Source of the DNA: Candidatus Pacearchaeota archaeon | Lineage (GTDB): Archaea; Nanobdellota; Nanobdellia; Pacearchaeales; UBA284 | Assembly: GCA_038886195.1 (NCBI GenBank) | Contig: JAVZYK010000001.1 | Location: 529,106-593,105, forward strand | Reading direction: 5' to 3' | Length of the DNA stretch: 64,000 nt | Shown here: positions 49,105 to 58,292 of the stretch, piece after piece | Layout of the letters: every line of letters begins with the position of its first letter | Position numbering within the stretch: position 1 is the stretch's first letter | Program-made: the position numbers and the translations under genes | Notes under the pieces: generated by a model | Database searches by the model: none | The model's input: only the letters and a program-made list of their open reading frames with translations | What the model was told of the DNA's origin: nothing

Positions 49105-49162
49105 AATTAATTTAATAAAGCAAGTTTTAAATATTTATCTTATTTTTTAGAAAGATAAAAAG

Positions 49163-49762
49163 ATGATAAAAGAAGCAAAAAAAAGAAAAAATAGAAATAA
49201 AGAAAAAAAAGAAAAAAGAAAAATAAAAAGTGTAGAGAAAAAGAAAAAAACGTTTAAAGCTTTTTTAGCTGGCGAACGCGTTTTTTCAACTGCTAAAGAA
49301 GCTTTTGATCTTTATAATAGAAGTCATTTTGGCGAGCCAATTGAAAAGAAAATATATTATTCTCTTGTTGAAGCTTTATATTTATTAGATATGAAAAAAA
49401 TAGCAATTTATGAAGGAAAGAAAAAATTAAGTCATGATACTTTTATTGAAAGAGCACAAAAACTTGAACAAAATTTTTGGACTCGCTATTGTGTTTTTCG
49501 CGATATTCGGTCTAGAGGATATATTGTTAAAACTGCTTTAAAGTTTGGAGCAGATTTTAGAGTTTATGATAGAGGCGTTAAACCTGGAAAAGAACATGCT
49601 AAATGGATAGTTTATCCTGTTTTTGAAACCAATACACTAACATGGCACGAATTTGCGGCAAAAAGCAGAGTAGCGCATAGCACAAGAAAAAATTTATTGA
49701 TTGCAATAGTTGATGATGAAGGCGATGTTACTTATTATCAAGTTTCTTGGATACGACCTTAA
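49163..49762 (+). CDS. endA: tRNA-intron endonuclease
   Basis: RGYIVKTALKFGADFRVY, H, RVAHSTRK catalytic Y/H/K triad. Confidence 0.95.
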   Translation: MIKEAKKRKNRNKEKKEKRKIKSVEKKKKTFKAFLAGERVFSTAKEAFDLYNRSHFGEPIEKKIYYSLVEALYLLDMKKIAIYEGKKKLSHDTFIERAQKLEQNFWTRYCVFRDIRSRGYIVKTALKFGADFRVYDRGVKPGKEHAKWIVYPVFETNTLTWHEFAAKSRVAHSTRKNLLIAIVDDEGDVTYYQVSWIRP

Positions 49763-49784
49763 ATTTTAAAATCTCAAAGTAGAA

Positions 49785-50681
49785 ATGGAGCACACACTAA
49801 ATGTAAATAATATTTTGGAAAAGAAAAATAAAATTTTAGAAATCTTAAAAAATAAAGGGCCTTCTTTACCAAGCGCTATTTCTAGAGAAATAGGAGTTTC
49901 TTTACTTTTTACTTCAGCCTTACTTAGCGAAATGATTAATGATAAATTGCTGAAATGCAGTTATTTAAAAATAGGAGGTTCTCCTCTGTATTATTTACAG
50001 GGCCAAGAAGCAATGTTAGAAAATTTCACAAAACATTTACAAGCTAAAGAGAGGGAGGTTTTTGATTTATTGAAAGAAAAACAAATTCTAGATGAAGAAT
50101 TGCTTGAACCAGCGCATCGTGTAGCAATTAAAAATATTAAAGATTTTGCTTTTTCATTTAAAATGAATGTTCAGGATAAAGAAAAAACTTTTTGGCGTTA
50201 TCATTTGTTAAGTCAAGAAGATGCTATTGAACTAGTTCAGAAATTATTTAAGAAAGGAGAAAAAAGCGAAGAAATAAAAGAAAAAATTGAAGATAAAGAA
50301 AATATTGAAGAAATAAAAGAAAAAATTGAAAAAATTAAGAAAGATATAAAGCCAAAAGTTTCTAGAAAAAAAAGCAAAATTGAATTTTATGATAGAGTTT
50401 ATGAATGGCTTAGTAAGTTTAATGATTTAGGAATTGATGAAAAAATAAATCAAGAAAATGTTGTTTGTATAATCTCGGCAAAATTTTCTTTTGGTATTAT
50501 AAAATTTTTAGTTGTAGCTAATGATAAAAAAAGAATTAATGAAGCAGATTTAAGTATTGCATATCAACAAGGTCTTTCAAGAAAAATGCCAGTTCTTTTT
50601 TTAACTGGAGGAGAATTAACAAAAAAAGCCAAAGAGCATTTAAAAATGCTAGGAAATTATATATTCGTGAAAGAACTTTAA
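49785..50681 (+). CDS. Hypothetical protein with N-terminal winged-helix-like domain
   Basis: GPSLPSAIS...SALLSEM, KIGGSPLY. Confidence 0.65.
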   Translation: MEHTLNVNNILEKKNKILEILKNKGPSLPSAISREIGVSLLFTSALLSEMINDKLLKCSYLKIGGSPLYYLQGQEAMLENFTKHLQAKEREVFDLLKEKQILDEELLEPAHRVAIKNIKDFAFSFKMNVQDKEKTFWRYHLLSQEDAIELVQKLFKKGEKSEEIKEKIEDKENIEEIKEKIEKIKKDIKPKVSRKKSKIEFYDRVYEWLSKFNDLGIDEKINQENVVCIISAKFSFGIIKFLVVANDKKRINEADLSIAYQQGLSRKMPVLFLTGGELTKKAKEHLKMLGNYIFVKEL

Positions 50682-50717
50682 CAAGATTTTTAAAATCTGT
50701 AAACATAATTCTTATAA

Positions 50718-50790
50718 AGCCCTGTAGTATAGCGGTCAAGTATGCTGGCCTTTGGAGCCAGCGGCCCAGGTTCGAATCCTGGCAGGGCTA
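50718..50790 (+). tRNA. tRNA-Gln(TTG)
   Basis: AGCCCTG/CAGGGCT acceptor, CTGGC-CTTTGGA-GCCAG anticodon arm, CCAGG-TTCGAAT-CCTGG T-arm. Confidence 0.96.
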
Positions 50791-50873
50791 TTTTTTATTT
50801 TTTCTAAATTATAGTTACAAAAGATTTAAAAAGAAAATTAAATAAAATTATTTACATTATCAAAAAATCTAAA

Positions 50874-51272
50874 ATGGCAACGCTTTATGGACATGGAAGA
50901 GGAAAAGCAGGAAGTCATGCACCTGTACAAGAAAAGCCTTACTGGTTAAAATTTGAACCTAAAGAAGTTGAAGAGCTCGTTGTAAAGATGGCAAGGCAAG
51001 GAATCGATAGCGCAAAAATTGGATTGATTTTAAGAGATAGTTATGGCATTCCTAGTGTAAAGACAATAACTGGAAAGAAAATACAACAAATATTAAAAGA
51101 AAATAAAATAGAAACGCAGCCATTAGAATTAATTTCTTTAGAAAAAAAGTTAAAATCACTTAAAAAACATCTTGAGAAGAATAAAAAAGATATGACCGCT
51201 AAAAGAGGATTACAATTAACAGAAGCTAAAATAAGAAGGCTTAAAAAATATTATGAAAGAAAACAGAAATAG
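50874..51272 (+). CDS. rps15: 30S ribosomal protein S15 (uS15/S13e)
   Basis: IGLILRDSYGIP, HL..NKKD..AKRGLQLTEAKIRRL.KYY. Confidence 0.97.
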   Translation: MATLYGHGRGKAGSHAPVQEKPYWLKFEPKEVEELVVKMARQGIDSAKIGLILRDSYGIPSVKTITGKKIQQILKENKIETQPLELISLEKKLKSLKKHLEKNKKDMTAKRGLQLTEAKIRRLKKYYERKQK

Positions 51273-51308
51273 TTAGAAATCTCGAAGGCTTTGGGGAAAA
51301 AGAGGAAA

Positions 51309-52688
51309 ATGCTTGAGAAGGCTGTAGAGAAATTGAAAGAAATTTTTTCAAAAGAAGGAGTTATAAGGATAATAACACATCTTGATACAGATGGACTGAC
51401 TTCTGCAGTTATTTTTTCTGAGGCTTTGAAAAAGAACAAACAGATTTTTTGGATAACAACTGTTAAGCAGCTCGAAGATGAATTTCTTCAAGATTTACGA
51501 CAACAGGCAGAACGACAAAAGTGGAAAGCTCTAGTTTTTCTTGATTTAGGTTCTAGCATGTTAAGCAAATTGAAAGTTTTTAGTACTTATACTGACGTTT
51601 TTGTTATAGATCATCATGAATTAGAACAAAATTTTGATAAATCTATGAACTTAGAAAATTTTTATTTTTTAAGTTCTTCTTTTTATCATGAAAAAATCAG
51701 CGCTTCTTGTTTGACCTATTTATTTGTAAAGAAATTTTTTGATAATAAAAAACTTGCACAAGTTGCAATTATTGGTCTTATCGGAGATGTTCTTGATAAA
51801 AATATTGGCAAGATTGCTAAAGGAATTTTGCAGGATGCTCAAGAGAGCGGCATGCAAATAAAAAAAGGTTTAACTGTGTTTTCGTCTATGAGGCCCGTCC
51901 ACAAAGCTTTGGAATTTTCAAACATTTTCATTCCAGGAGTTACTGGTTATGCTAATGGAGCCTTAGAGATGCTTAAAGAATTAGGAATTGAAGTTAAAAC
52001 AAATCAAGGTTATAGGACTTTACTTGATCTTAATAAAGAAGAACTTTCTAGATTAATTACGGGAATTTTATTGAGACGAATAAATAATGGTCATGATCAA
52101 GAAATTTTAGACAACATATATTTGATAAAAATAGGTTCAAGGCTATTTGATGCGAGAGAAGTAAGTTCTATGATAAATGCTTGCGGAAGGTTTGGTTATA
52201 GCTCTTTGGCAATAGCGTTTTTAAGTGGTTCAAAAAGAGCACAAGAAAAAATAGAGGATGTTTATACTAAATACAGGAGCTATATAATAAGAGCTCTTAA
52301 TCTAGTCAATGGAATGAAAAAGATTCAGGGAGAAGATTTTGTGATAATTAATGCTAAAAATGCTATAAAAGATACAATCATAGGAACTGTAGTAAGTATT
52401 CTTTCTTCTTCTTTTTTATATAAACCGGGAACAATAATTGTAGGAATGGCATATAGAACTGACAATAAAATAAAAGTTTCTGCAAGAATTGTTAAAGGTT
52501 CAGATAGTGAAATTAATTTATATCATCTATTATATTCTATAGTCAGTATAATTGGTGGAGAAGTTGGCGGGCATTCTAATGCTGCTGGTTGTTTAATTTC
52601 AAAAGAAAAAGAACAAGAGTTTTTAGAGCTATTAGAAAAAAAATTGAATGCACAAGAAATAAAACTAGTTGTTAAAGAAAAGCTTTAA
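51309..52688 (+). CDS. RecJ-like DHH/DHHA1 phosphoesterase
   Basis: HLDTDG, DLG, IDHH, GGGH-like GEVGGHSNAAG; follows rps15. Confidence 0.9.
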   Translation: MLEKAVEKLKEIFSKEGVIRIITHLDTDGLTSAVIFSEALKKNKQIFWITTVKQLEDEFLQDLRQQAERQKWKALVFLDLGSSMLSKLKVFSTYTDVFVIDHHELEQNFDKSMNLENFYFLSSSFYHEKISASCLTYLFVKKFFDNKKLAQVAIIGLIGDVLDKNIGKIAKGILQDAQESGMQIKKGLTVFSSMRPVHKALEFSNIFIPGVTGYANGALEMLKELGIEVKTNQGYRTLLDLNKEELSRLITGILLRRINNGHDQEILDNIYLIKIGSRLFDAREVSSMINACGRFGYSSLAIAFLSGSKRAQEKIEDVYTKYRSYIIRALNLVNGMKKIQGEDFVIINAKNAIKDTIIGTVVSILSSSFLYKPGTIIVGMAYRTDNKIKVSARIVKGSDSEINLYHLLYSIVSIIGGEVGGHSNAAGCLISKEKEQEFLELLEKKLNAQEIKLVVKEKL

Positions 52689-52712
52689 AACTATAAGTTT
52701 TCTTAAAGAATT

Positions 52713-52898
52713 ATGAAAGAAATAAGAATTACTAAAAGCAAGTTTGTTAGAGTGAGATGTCCCAAATGTAATGCCGAACAAATCATATTTGGTAAAGCTA
52801 CTACAAATATTAAATGTTTAAACTGCAATTATTTGCTTGCAAAACCAGCAGCAAGCAAGGCAAAAATAAGAGCAAAGGTTCTGGAAGTCTTTAAATAG
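52713..52898 (+). CDS. rps27e: 30S ribosomal protein S27e
   Basis: SKFVRVRCPKC...C..C. Confidence 0.95.
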   Translation: MKEIRITKSKFVRVRCPKCNAEQIIFGKATTNIKCLNCNYLLAKPAASKAKIRAKVLEVFK

Positions 52899-52950
52899 AT
52901 TTTTAGATAAATCTTAATGATATATTAAATTTTTAATAATCGATTTAAAA

Positions 52951-53721
52951 ATGGAAGAAATAGAAAATAAAAAAGAATTTCCAGAAGAAGACGAAGTATT
53001 GTTTGGAACTGTAGATAGAATAACCGGAACAAGTGTTTTTGTAAAATTAGATGATTATAATAAAGAAGGAGTTATTAGTTTTAGTGAGATTGCTCCAGGA
53101 AGAATAAGAAATATTAGAGACTATGTTAGAATTGGACAAAAAATCGTAGTTAAAGTTCTTAGAGTTAATAAAGAAAAGGAGCATATAGATTTATCTTTAA
53201 GAAGAGTAACTGCTAAAGAAAAGAAAGAAATTATTGAAGAGAATAAAAGAGAAAAAGAATTTGAAGCTATATTGAATTTGGTAATAAAAAACAAGAGCAA
53301 GACTAGTTCTATAATAAACGAATTGAAAAGGAAGATAAAATTTAAAGAATTTTTTTCTAAATTCATTTCTGAACCAAAAGAAATAGAGAATTTATTAAAA
53401 AACACGGGTTTAAATGAAGAAGAGTTAAAAAATATTATTGAGATAATGTCTGAGAAAATAAAAGAAAAGAAAGTAGTAGTTAAATCAAAATTTTCTTTAA
53501 ATTGCGACGCTTCTGATGGAATAGAAAGAATAAAAACTTTACTTTTAGATTTAGAAAAAACTGGAGCTAAAATAAGTTATTTAGGAGCTCCAAATTATCT
53601 AATCAGTTTAGAAAGTAAAGATTATAAAGAAGCAAATAAAAAATTAAAAGAATTGTTAGATACATTAACTTTAAAAGCTAAAGAATTTAGTTGTAAATTA
53701 GAAATTTTTAAAGAAAAATAA
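52951..53721 (+). CDS. eif2a: Translation initiation factor aIF2 alpha
   Basis: S1 domain SEIAPGRIRNI, HIDLSLRRV, YLGAP.Y. Confidence 0.95.
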   Translation: MEEIENKKEFPEEDEVLFGTVDRITGTSVFVKLDDYNKEGVISFSEIAPGRIRNIRDYVRIGQKIVVKVLRVNKEKEHIDLSLRRVTAKEKKEIIEENKREKEFEAILNLVIKNKSKTSSIINELKRKIKFKEFFSKFISEPKEIENLLKNTGLNEEELKNIIEIMSEKIKEKKVVVKSKFSLNCDASDGIERIKTLLLDLEKTGAKISYLGAPNYLISLESKDYKEANKKLKELLDTLTLKAKEFSCKLEIFKEK

Positions 53722-53742
53722 AAGAAATAAAAAAACAAAAAA

Positions 53743-53907
53743 ATGAGCAAAGAAAACATCAGATGTTTGAGTTGTGGAAAAGAGCTTTTGGAAGACGAGG
53801 GAGTTATTTTTAAATGTCCCTCTTGCGAAAAGAAAATAATAAGATGTAGCAAATGCAGAAAACTCAGCGTTAAATATAAGTGTGAATGTGGTTTCGAAGG
53901 ACCTTAA
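53743..53907 (+). CDS. Small Zn-ribbon protein (COG2888-like)
   Basis: Manually read MSKENIRCLSCG...FKCPSC...RCSKCRK..YKCECGFEGP*; usual position upstream of aEF1-beta; not in the ORF track. Confidence 0.9.
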   Translation: MSKENIRCLSCGKELLEDEGVIFKCPSCEKKIIRCSKCRKLSVKYKCECGFEGP

Positions 53908-53911
53908 TAAA

Positions 53912-54184
53912 ATGGCAATGTCTATTTTAAAAATAAAAATCATGCCAGTTTCTCCTGAAACTGATCTCGAAAAAATTAAAGAAGCGGCAAGGAAAGATAT
54001 TGAAGAACTTGGAGCTAAACTGCATAATACAGAAATGGAGCCCATTGCGTTTGGCCTAAAAGCTTTAATCTTAACTATATTGTGGCCGGAAGATAAAGAG
54101 TTGGATTTAATAGAAAACGCATTAGGAAAGATTGAAGATGTTAATTCTGTTCAAGTTATAGATTTTAGAAGAGCCATAGGTTAA
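53912..54184 (+). CDS. ef1b: Translation elongation factor aEF1-beta
   Basis: KIMPVSPETDL, EPIAFGLKAL. Confidence 0.95.
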   Translation: MAMSILKIKIMPVSPETDLEKIKEAARKDIEELGAKLHNTEMEPIAFGLKALILTILWPEDKELDLIENALGKIEDVNSVQVIDFRRAIG

Positions 54185-54191
54185 AAATAAG

Positions 54192-54893
54192 ATGTTAACT
54201 GAAGAACAAGTAGAAGAATTAAGAAAAAGGTTATTGAAGCAACTAGAATTGATGGAAGAAACGGAACAAGTAATGATGCTTAAGGAACAAATTAAAAATG
54301 CCAGCAAAGAGGAGTTGGAGGAATTTATTAAATCTCAGATGGCTGTAGCTAAAGAAAATGTTGATGATGCTGGATGTATTTTTTGTCAAATTGTTAAAGG
54401 AAAAATTGAAACAATAAAGATTTACGAAGATGCCGAAATTATTGCATTTCTTGATATTTATCCAGCTTCTATAGGACATGTGCTTATAATGCCAAAAAAG
54501 CATTTCGAAACTATTGAAGAGATTCCTGATATTTTATTGAGTAAATTGTTTATTTTTATAAAAACAATAATGCCTTCTTTTTTGAAAATAACTAAAGCTA
54601 AAGGTTTTAATATCCTTATTTCACAAGGAGAAAAGGCAGGACAAAGAATAAAGCATTTTTATCTAAATTTAATTCCCCGTTATGACGAAGATAATATAAA
54701 TTTAACTTGGAGTCAACTTAAAGTGGATAAAAAAGAATTGGAAATTCTAGGAGAAAATCTAAGAAAAGAAGCTTTGCGAGAACTAGAGAGTAAGCTCGAA
54801 TATGAAAAAACAAAAGCAGAGAAACGCAAAAAAGCAGAAGAGGAGAGCGAAGTCGAGAAAATAATGAAGCATATTAAAAGAAGATTGCCCTGA
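54192..54893 (+). CDS. HIT-family protein with degenerate histidine triad
   Basis: CIFCQI, FLDIYP..GH.L..PKKH, AGQ; HxHxH replaced by HFYLN. Confidence 0.8.
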   Translation: MLTEEQVEELRKRLLKQLELMEETEQVMMLKEQIKNASKEELEEFIKSQMAVAKENVDDAGCIFCQIVKGKIETIKIYEDAEIIAFLDIYPASIGHVLIMPKKHFETIEEIPDILLSKLFIFIKTIMPSFLKITKAKGFNILISQGEKAGQRIKHFYLNLIPRYDEDNINLTWSQLKVDKKELEILGENLRKEALRELESKLEYEKTKAEKRKKAEEESEVEKIMKHIKRRLP

Positions 54894-55758
54894 TTAGTAA
54901 TATCAATAAATCGCCAAACAAAATGGTACAAATTAGTGAGATTAGAAATACTGGCACAAAAGGAAGGCCATATTTTATCAGAACTTTTTTATTATGTTTT
55001 TTTAATAAAACAATGTCTCTTTTACTTAAGCCGTGAACACTTGGGTTAATTTTTTGATTTTTTAACTTTATTGGTTGAACAAGCCAGTCACCTTCTGTTA
55101 AATTAGAAGGAGAAACTTTTTTTATCATGCTTGTATTTTCAGCAGCTTTTATTGTAATGTAAATGTATGGAAAAGTCAAAGTTAAAATAAAAATTAAAAA
55201 GAAAACATTAAAGAAAAAGGAAATTATTAAAGAAATTGAAGCAAGAATCAAAAAAGAAGTTCTTAATGTTTTTGTTTGATCGAATATTTTTTTAAATTCT
55301 TTAGAAAATTTCTTTTTATTTTTAATTGCAAAGAAAATAACGAAAATAATGCTATAAATGGAACCTATTGTAAAAATGTTGATTAAAAAACCCAATAAGA
55401 ATGGCTCTGAGAAAATATTGACTTGGTTAGGCGTGGTTTTTGATAAATATAAGGGAGTTGTAGCAAAAGCTATTGCTAGAGCAATAAGAAGTTTGGCATC
55501 GCCACCACCAAAAAATTTAGTATAATAAAGGATAGCGCTTAAAGAAAAAAATAGTACGAGAGAAATAATGGCATAAACAAAATAATAAAATTGCAACGTT
55601 ATTAGGGCCGCAAGTCCTCTAATTGTTAGTGCAATTGCTATTAATGAAAAACTTAGCCAATTAGGAACCTCTCTTTTTTTAATATCTGTAATCGAAGCAA
55701 AAATAAGATATGCTGCAGTGATTATTAAAAGCAAAATATCGCTTATTAAAAGGTCCAT
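54874..55758 (-). CDS. A24 prepilin/preflagellin peptidase (PibD/ArlK-like)
   Basis: ASITDIKKREVP and GGGDAKL catalytic aspartates, multiple TMs, C-terminal LPFVP. Confidence 0.92.
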   Translation of the reverse strand: MDLLISDILLLIITAAYLIFASITDIKKREVPNWLSFSLIAIALTIRGLAALITLQFYYFVYAIISLVLFFSLSAILYYTKFFGGGDAKLLIALAIAFATTPLYLSKTTPNQVNIFSEPFLLGFLINIFTIGSIYSIIFVIFFAIKNKKKFSKEFKKIFDQTKTLRTSFLILASISLIISFFFNVFFLIFILTLTFPYIYITIKAAENTSMIKKVSPSNLTEGDWLVQPIKLKNQKINPSVHGLSKRDIVLLKKHNKKVLIKYGLPFVPVFLISLICTILFGDLLILLIRAIFF

Positions 55759-55760
55759 TT

Positions 55761-55868
55761 TTATTTTTTAATTGTCCTTTCAAAGCCACCTCTTTTATAA
55801 ATTCTATATTTTCTTTTTTTCTTCAAAGCTTTTTTACTTTTTCTTTGTTCTGGAATTGCGTATTCCAT
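55761..55868 (-). CDS. Possible 35-aa basic peptide
   Basis: Manually read MEYAIPEQEKVKKALKKKRKYRIYKRGGFERTIKK*, ending 2 nt before the peptidase ATG. Confidence 0.35.
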   Translation of the reverse strand: MEYAIPEQRKSKKALKKKRKYRIYKRGGFERTIKK

Positions 55869-55954
55869 AACAAGAGAAAAGATTATATATTAATAAATTT
55901 TAACTTTATAGATCAAAAAAGGCAAAAATTAAAAAAGATGGTGAAAAAAAGAAA

Positions 55955-57232
55955 ATGCCTGATGTCAATCAACCTGTTGGGCCAACTTATAGTATTGGAG
56001 AGTCTTTAAGAGCCTCTTTACCAGCAGGACTCGCAGGAGCAATTATCGGAGCAATAATCGGAGTTTTATTGAGTTTATTTGCAATTTTTAACCTCGGTTT
56101 AAGTGGTTTAATTGGAACTATCATTCTAGCAACCTTTGGTTTGATTATCGGTTTTATAGTTGTCTATATTATAACTTTTGTTTGGTATATATTGCCTTCA
56201 TGGCTAAAGAAACCCGTAACTTATCTTCTTATAATTGTTTTTATTGGTTTAATAATTTGGATCGCAATATTTTTTTGGAGACTTCCTTTGACAGGAGAAT
56301 ATTTGAAATTTGCTTCTCCTGTTTTTGATGGCTTAGCTAAAGGATGGAGAGATTTAAGAACGTCTTGGGGTGCTTGTTTGTATTTGAAACCTCCATGTCC
56401 TTTTCTTGTAGATTGGGAAACGCCCAATGTTCAAAGTGCACAAGAAGAATTGAATATAGACGTTAGATTTTCAGAAGCTAAAATATCTAAGCAAAACGAA
56501 ATATATGTTTTAGTTTCTTTAACCGTTACGAATCCTGAATTGAGTGAATTAATCGTCAAGCCTCGATGTTTTTTGGGAAAGGATAAAGTTCGTGAACTGA
56601 ATGTAGAATCTATGGGTAGTTATGCTAAAGGTGATGAATTTGTTTTTGGAACAACTTCAAGAGGCCAAGAATTGCATACAAGTTTTAGATGTAGTGGCGA
56701 AATATATGAAGCAGGAGATAAGCCCTTATATTCTGACTATCTTGTTGTTGTTCTCGAAAGACCAGTTTCTGTAAAAACTACTTGGCCAGTCCAAATTAAA
56801 AGAGGAGAAGGACCAAATTTAGGATTAGTTAAAAGCACAATGCAATTTAATGCTCCTTATAGCATTGCTTTTGCAAGCGATAATGATATGCCTTTTTTAG
56901 AAGGTAGAGAATATAGTTTTAATATCGTCTTGAAGAGAAGACAAGAAAACGCTAAATTTAAGGAGCTTAATTACATTAGTGTGAAATTTCCTGATGATTT
57001 GATGATAGAATGTAAAGGTTTCGTTGGTTCAGATCATAAATTAGAATTAAGAGAGCACGATTATGAATCCTTAAAGAAAATTGCTCAATATAGCGAAAGC
57101 GAAGACAAATTTTCATGGCCTTGTAAACTTTATGTTTCAGAAGCGCCTCCTCAAGCAGTGTTGGCCCCTGTTAGTTTAGAATCTAAATATGTAGTTTATT
57201 CAGAAAGCAGTGTAAGAATAATTAAATCTTAG
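55955..57232 (+). CDS. Membrane protein with 3 N-terminal TMs and extracellular beta-rich domain
   Basis: Gly-rich TM segments followed by a Cys-containing soluble domain. Confidence 0.7.
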   Translation: MPDVNQPVGPTYSIGESLRASLPAGLAGAIIGAIIGVLLSLFAIFNLGLSGLIGTIILATFGLIIGFIVVYIITFVWYILPSWLKKPVTYLLIIVFIGLIIWIAIFFWRLPLTGEYLKFASPVFDGLAKGWRDLRTSWGACLYLKPPCPFLVDWETPNVQSAQEELNIDVRFSEAKISKQNEIYVLVSLTVTNPELSELIVKPRCFLGKDKVRELNVESMGSYAKGDEFVFGTTSRGQELHTSFRCSGEIYEAGDKPLYSDYLVVVLERPVSVKTTWPVQIKRGEGPNLGLVKSTMQFNAPYSIAFASDNDMPFLEGREYSFNIVLKRRQENAKFKELNYISVKFPDDLMIECKGFVGSDHKLELREHDYESLKKIAQYSESEDKFSWPCKLYVSEAPPQAVLAPVSLESKYVVYSESSVRIIKS

Positions 57233-57239
57233 TTAAAAA

Positions 57240-58181
57240 ATGAAAAAGTTCAATATAAAAATAACAAACGTTATTGTAGTTTTGTTAATTTTTATTGTTT
57301 TGATTTTTGTTTCCGGCCAAGAAGGATGCGAGATGCCTGGCAGTAGTGAGAAAACACAGGCAAAAAAAACTGGTGTTGATTTTAATTTGATAACTGGAGT
57401 AGATTATCTAAGTTCTGGCAAAATTATAGAGCAAGGAGAAAGCTTTTATGTTGGAATACATATCGAGAATTATGATAGTAAAGCGAAATCAGGAGAGGTT
57501 TGTATTTATGACGATATTTCTGATGAATATGGAGGCATAAATAGTCAAGGTGAATGTAAACCTTTTATAATTAATGCAGCAACTATAATAAAAAAAGAAA
57601 CAAGCGGAATGATGGGTAAAAAAATAGTAGAAGAAGTTACTCCTGGTAAAGTTGATGTTTATTTTCCTGAAGAAGGTATCTATAAGTATTATGGATTGCC
57701 TTCTCAAAAAGCGCCATGGCAAAGAACTCTTTTTGTTTCGGTTCGTTATAGAGAAAGCTCGCAAATTACAGGCTCTATAAAAGTTCCTAATCCAAGTTAT
57801 GAACAAATAGCTTTGATACAAGAGCCAACACCTCTTTCAATTTCAGTTACTAAATCAATTCATAAGCAACAAGATTCATATAAAGTTAATTTAGATATCC
57901 TTTTAAGCAAAAGAGCTCAATCAAAAATCTATTCTCCCGATTTTAAACAAGAAAACGTTACTGCATTCTATTTAAGACTAGAGCCACAACAGGTTCAATG
58001 TTTTTTGGCAGGAGGAGAGCCGATAAGAAATACAATTTTTATTGAAAACGAAAGACTTATAAAATGTTCTAGTCTCGTATATATGGCTGGCGAACTACAA
58101 CAGACTTTGCCGCTAATAATTGCCCTTGATTATGGAGTAGCTATAGAAAAAAGTTATGGTTTTGGTATAAAAACATTGTAA
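57240..58181 (+). CDS. Putative lipoprotein
   Basis: Signal peptide ending FVSGQEGC. Confidence 0.7.
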   Translation: MKKFNIKITNVIVVLLIFIVLIFVSGQEGCEMPGSSEKTQAKKTGVDFNLITGVDYLSSGKIIEQGESFYVGIHIENYDSKAKSGEVCIYDDISDEYGGINSQGECKPFIINAATIIKKETSGMMGKKIVEEVTPGKVDVYFPEEGIYKYYGLPSQKAPWQRTLFVSVRYRESSQITGSIKVPNPSYEQIALIQEPTPLSISVTKSIHKQQDSYKVNLDILLSKRAQSKIYSPDFKQENVTAFYLRLEPQQVQCFLAGGEPIRNTIFIENERLIKCSSLVYMAGELQQTLPLIIALDYGVAIEKSYGFGIKTL

Positions 58182-58212
58182 AAAAAGAATAAAGAAAAAA
58201 GAGGAAAATAAA

Positions 58213-58263
58213 ATGAGCTGCGGAGTTTGTGGAAAAAAGCAAAAAAAGAAGAAAAAGAAATAA
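58213..58263 (+). CDS. Possible 16-aa CxxC/poly-Lys micro-peptide
   Basis: MSCGVCGKKQKKKKKK* with GAGG 8 nt upstream of the ATG. Confidence 0.4.
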   Translation: MSCGVCGKKQKKKKKK

Positions 58264-58292
58264 GGAAATAAGAAATAAAGAGGAATAAAAAA

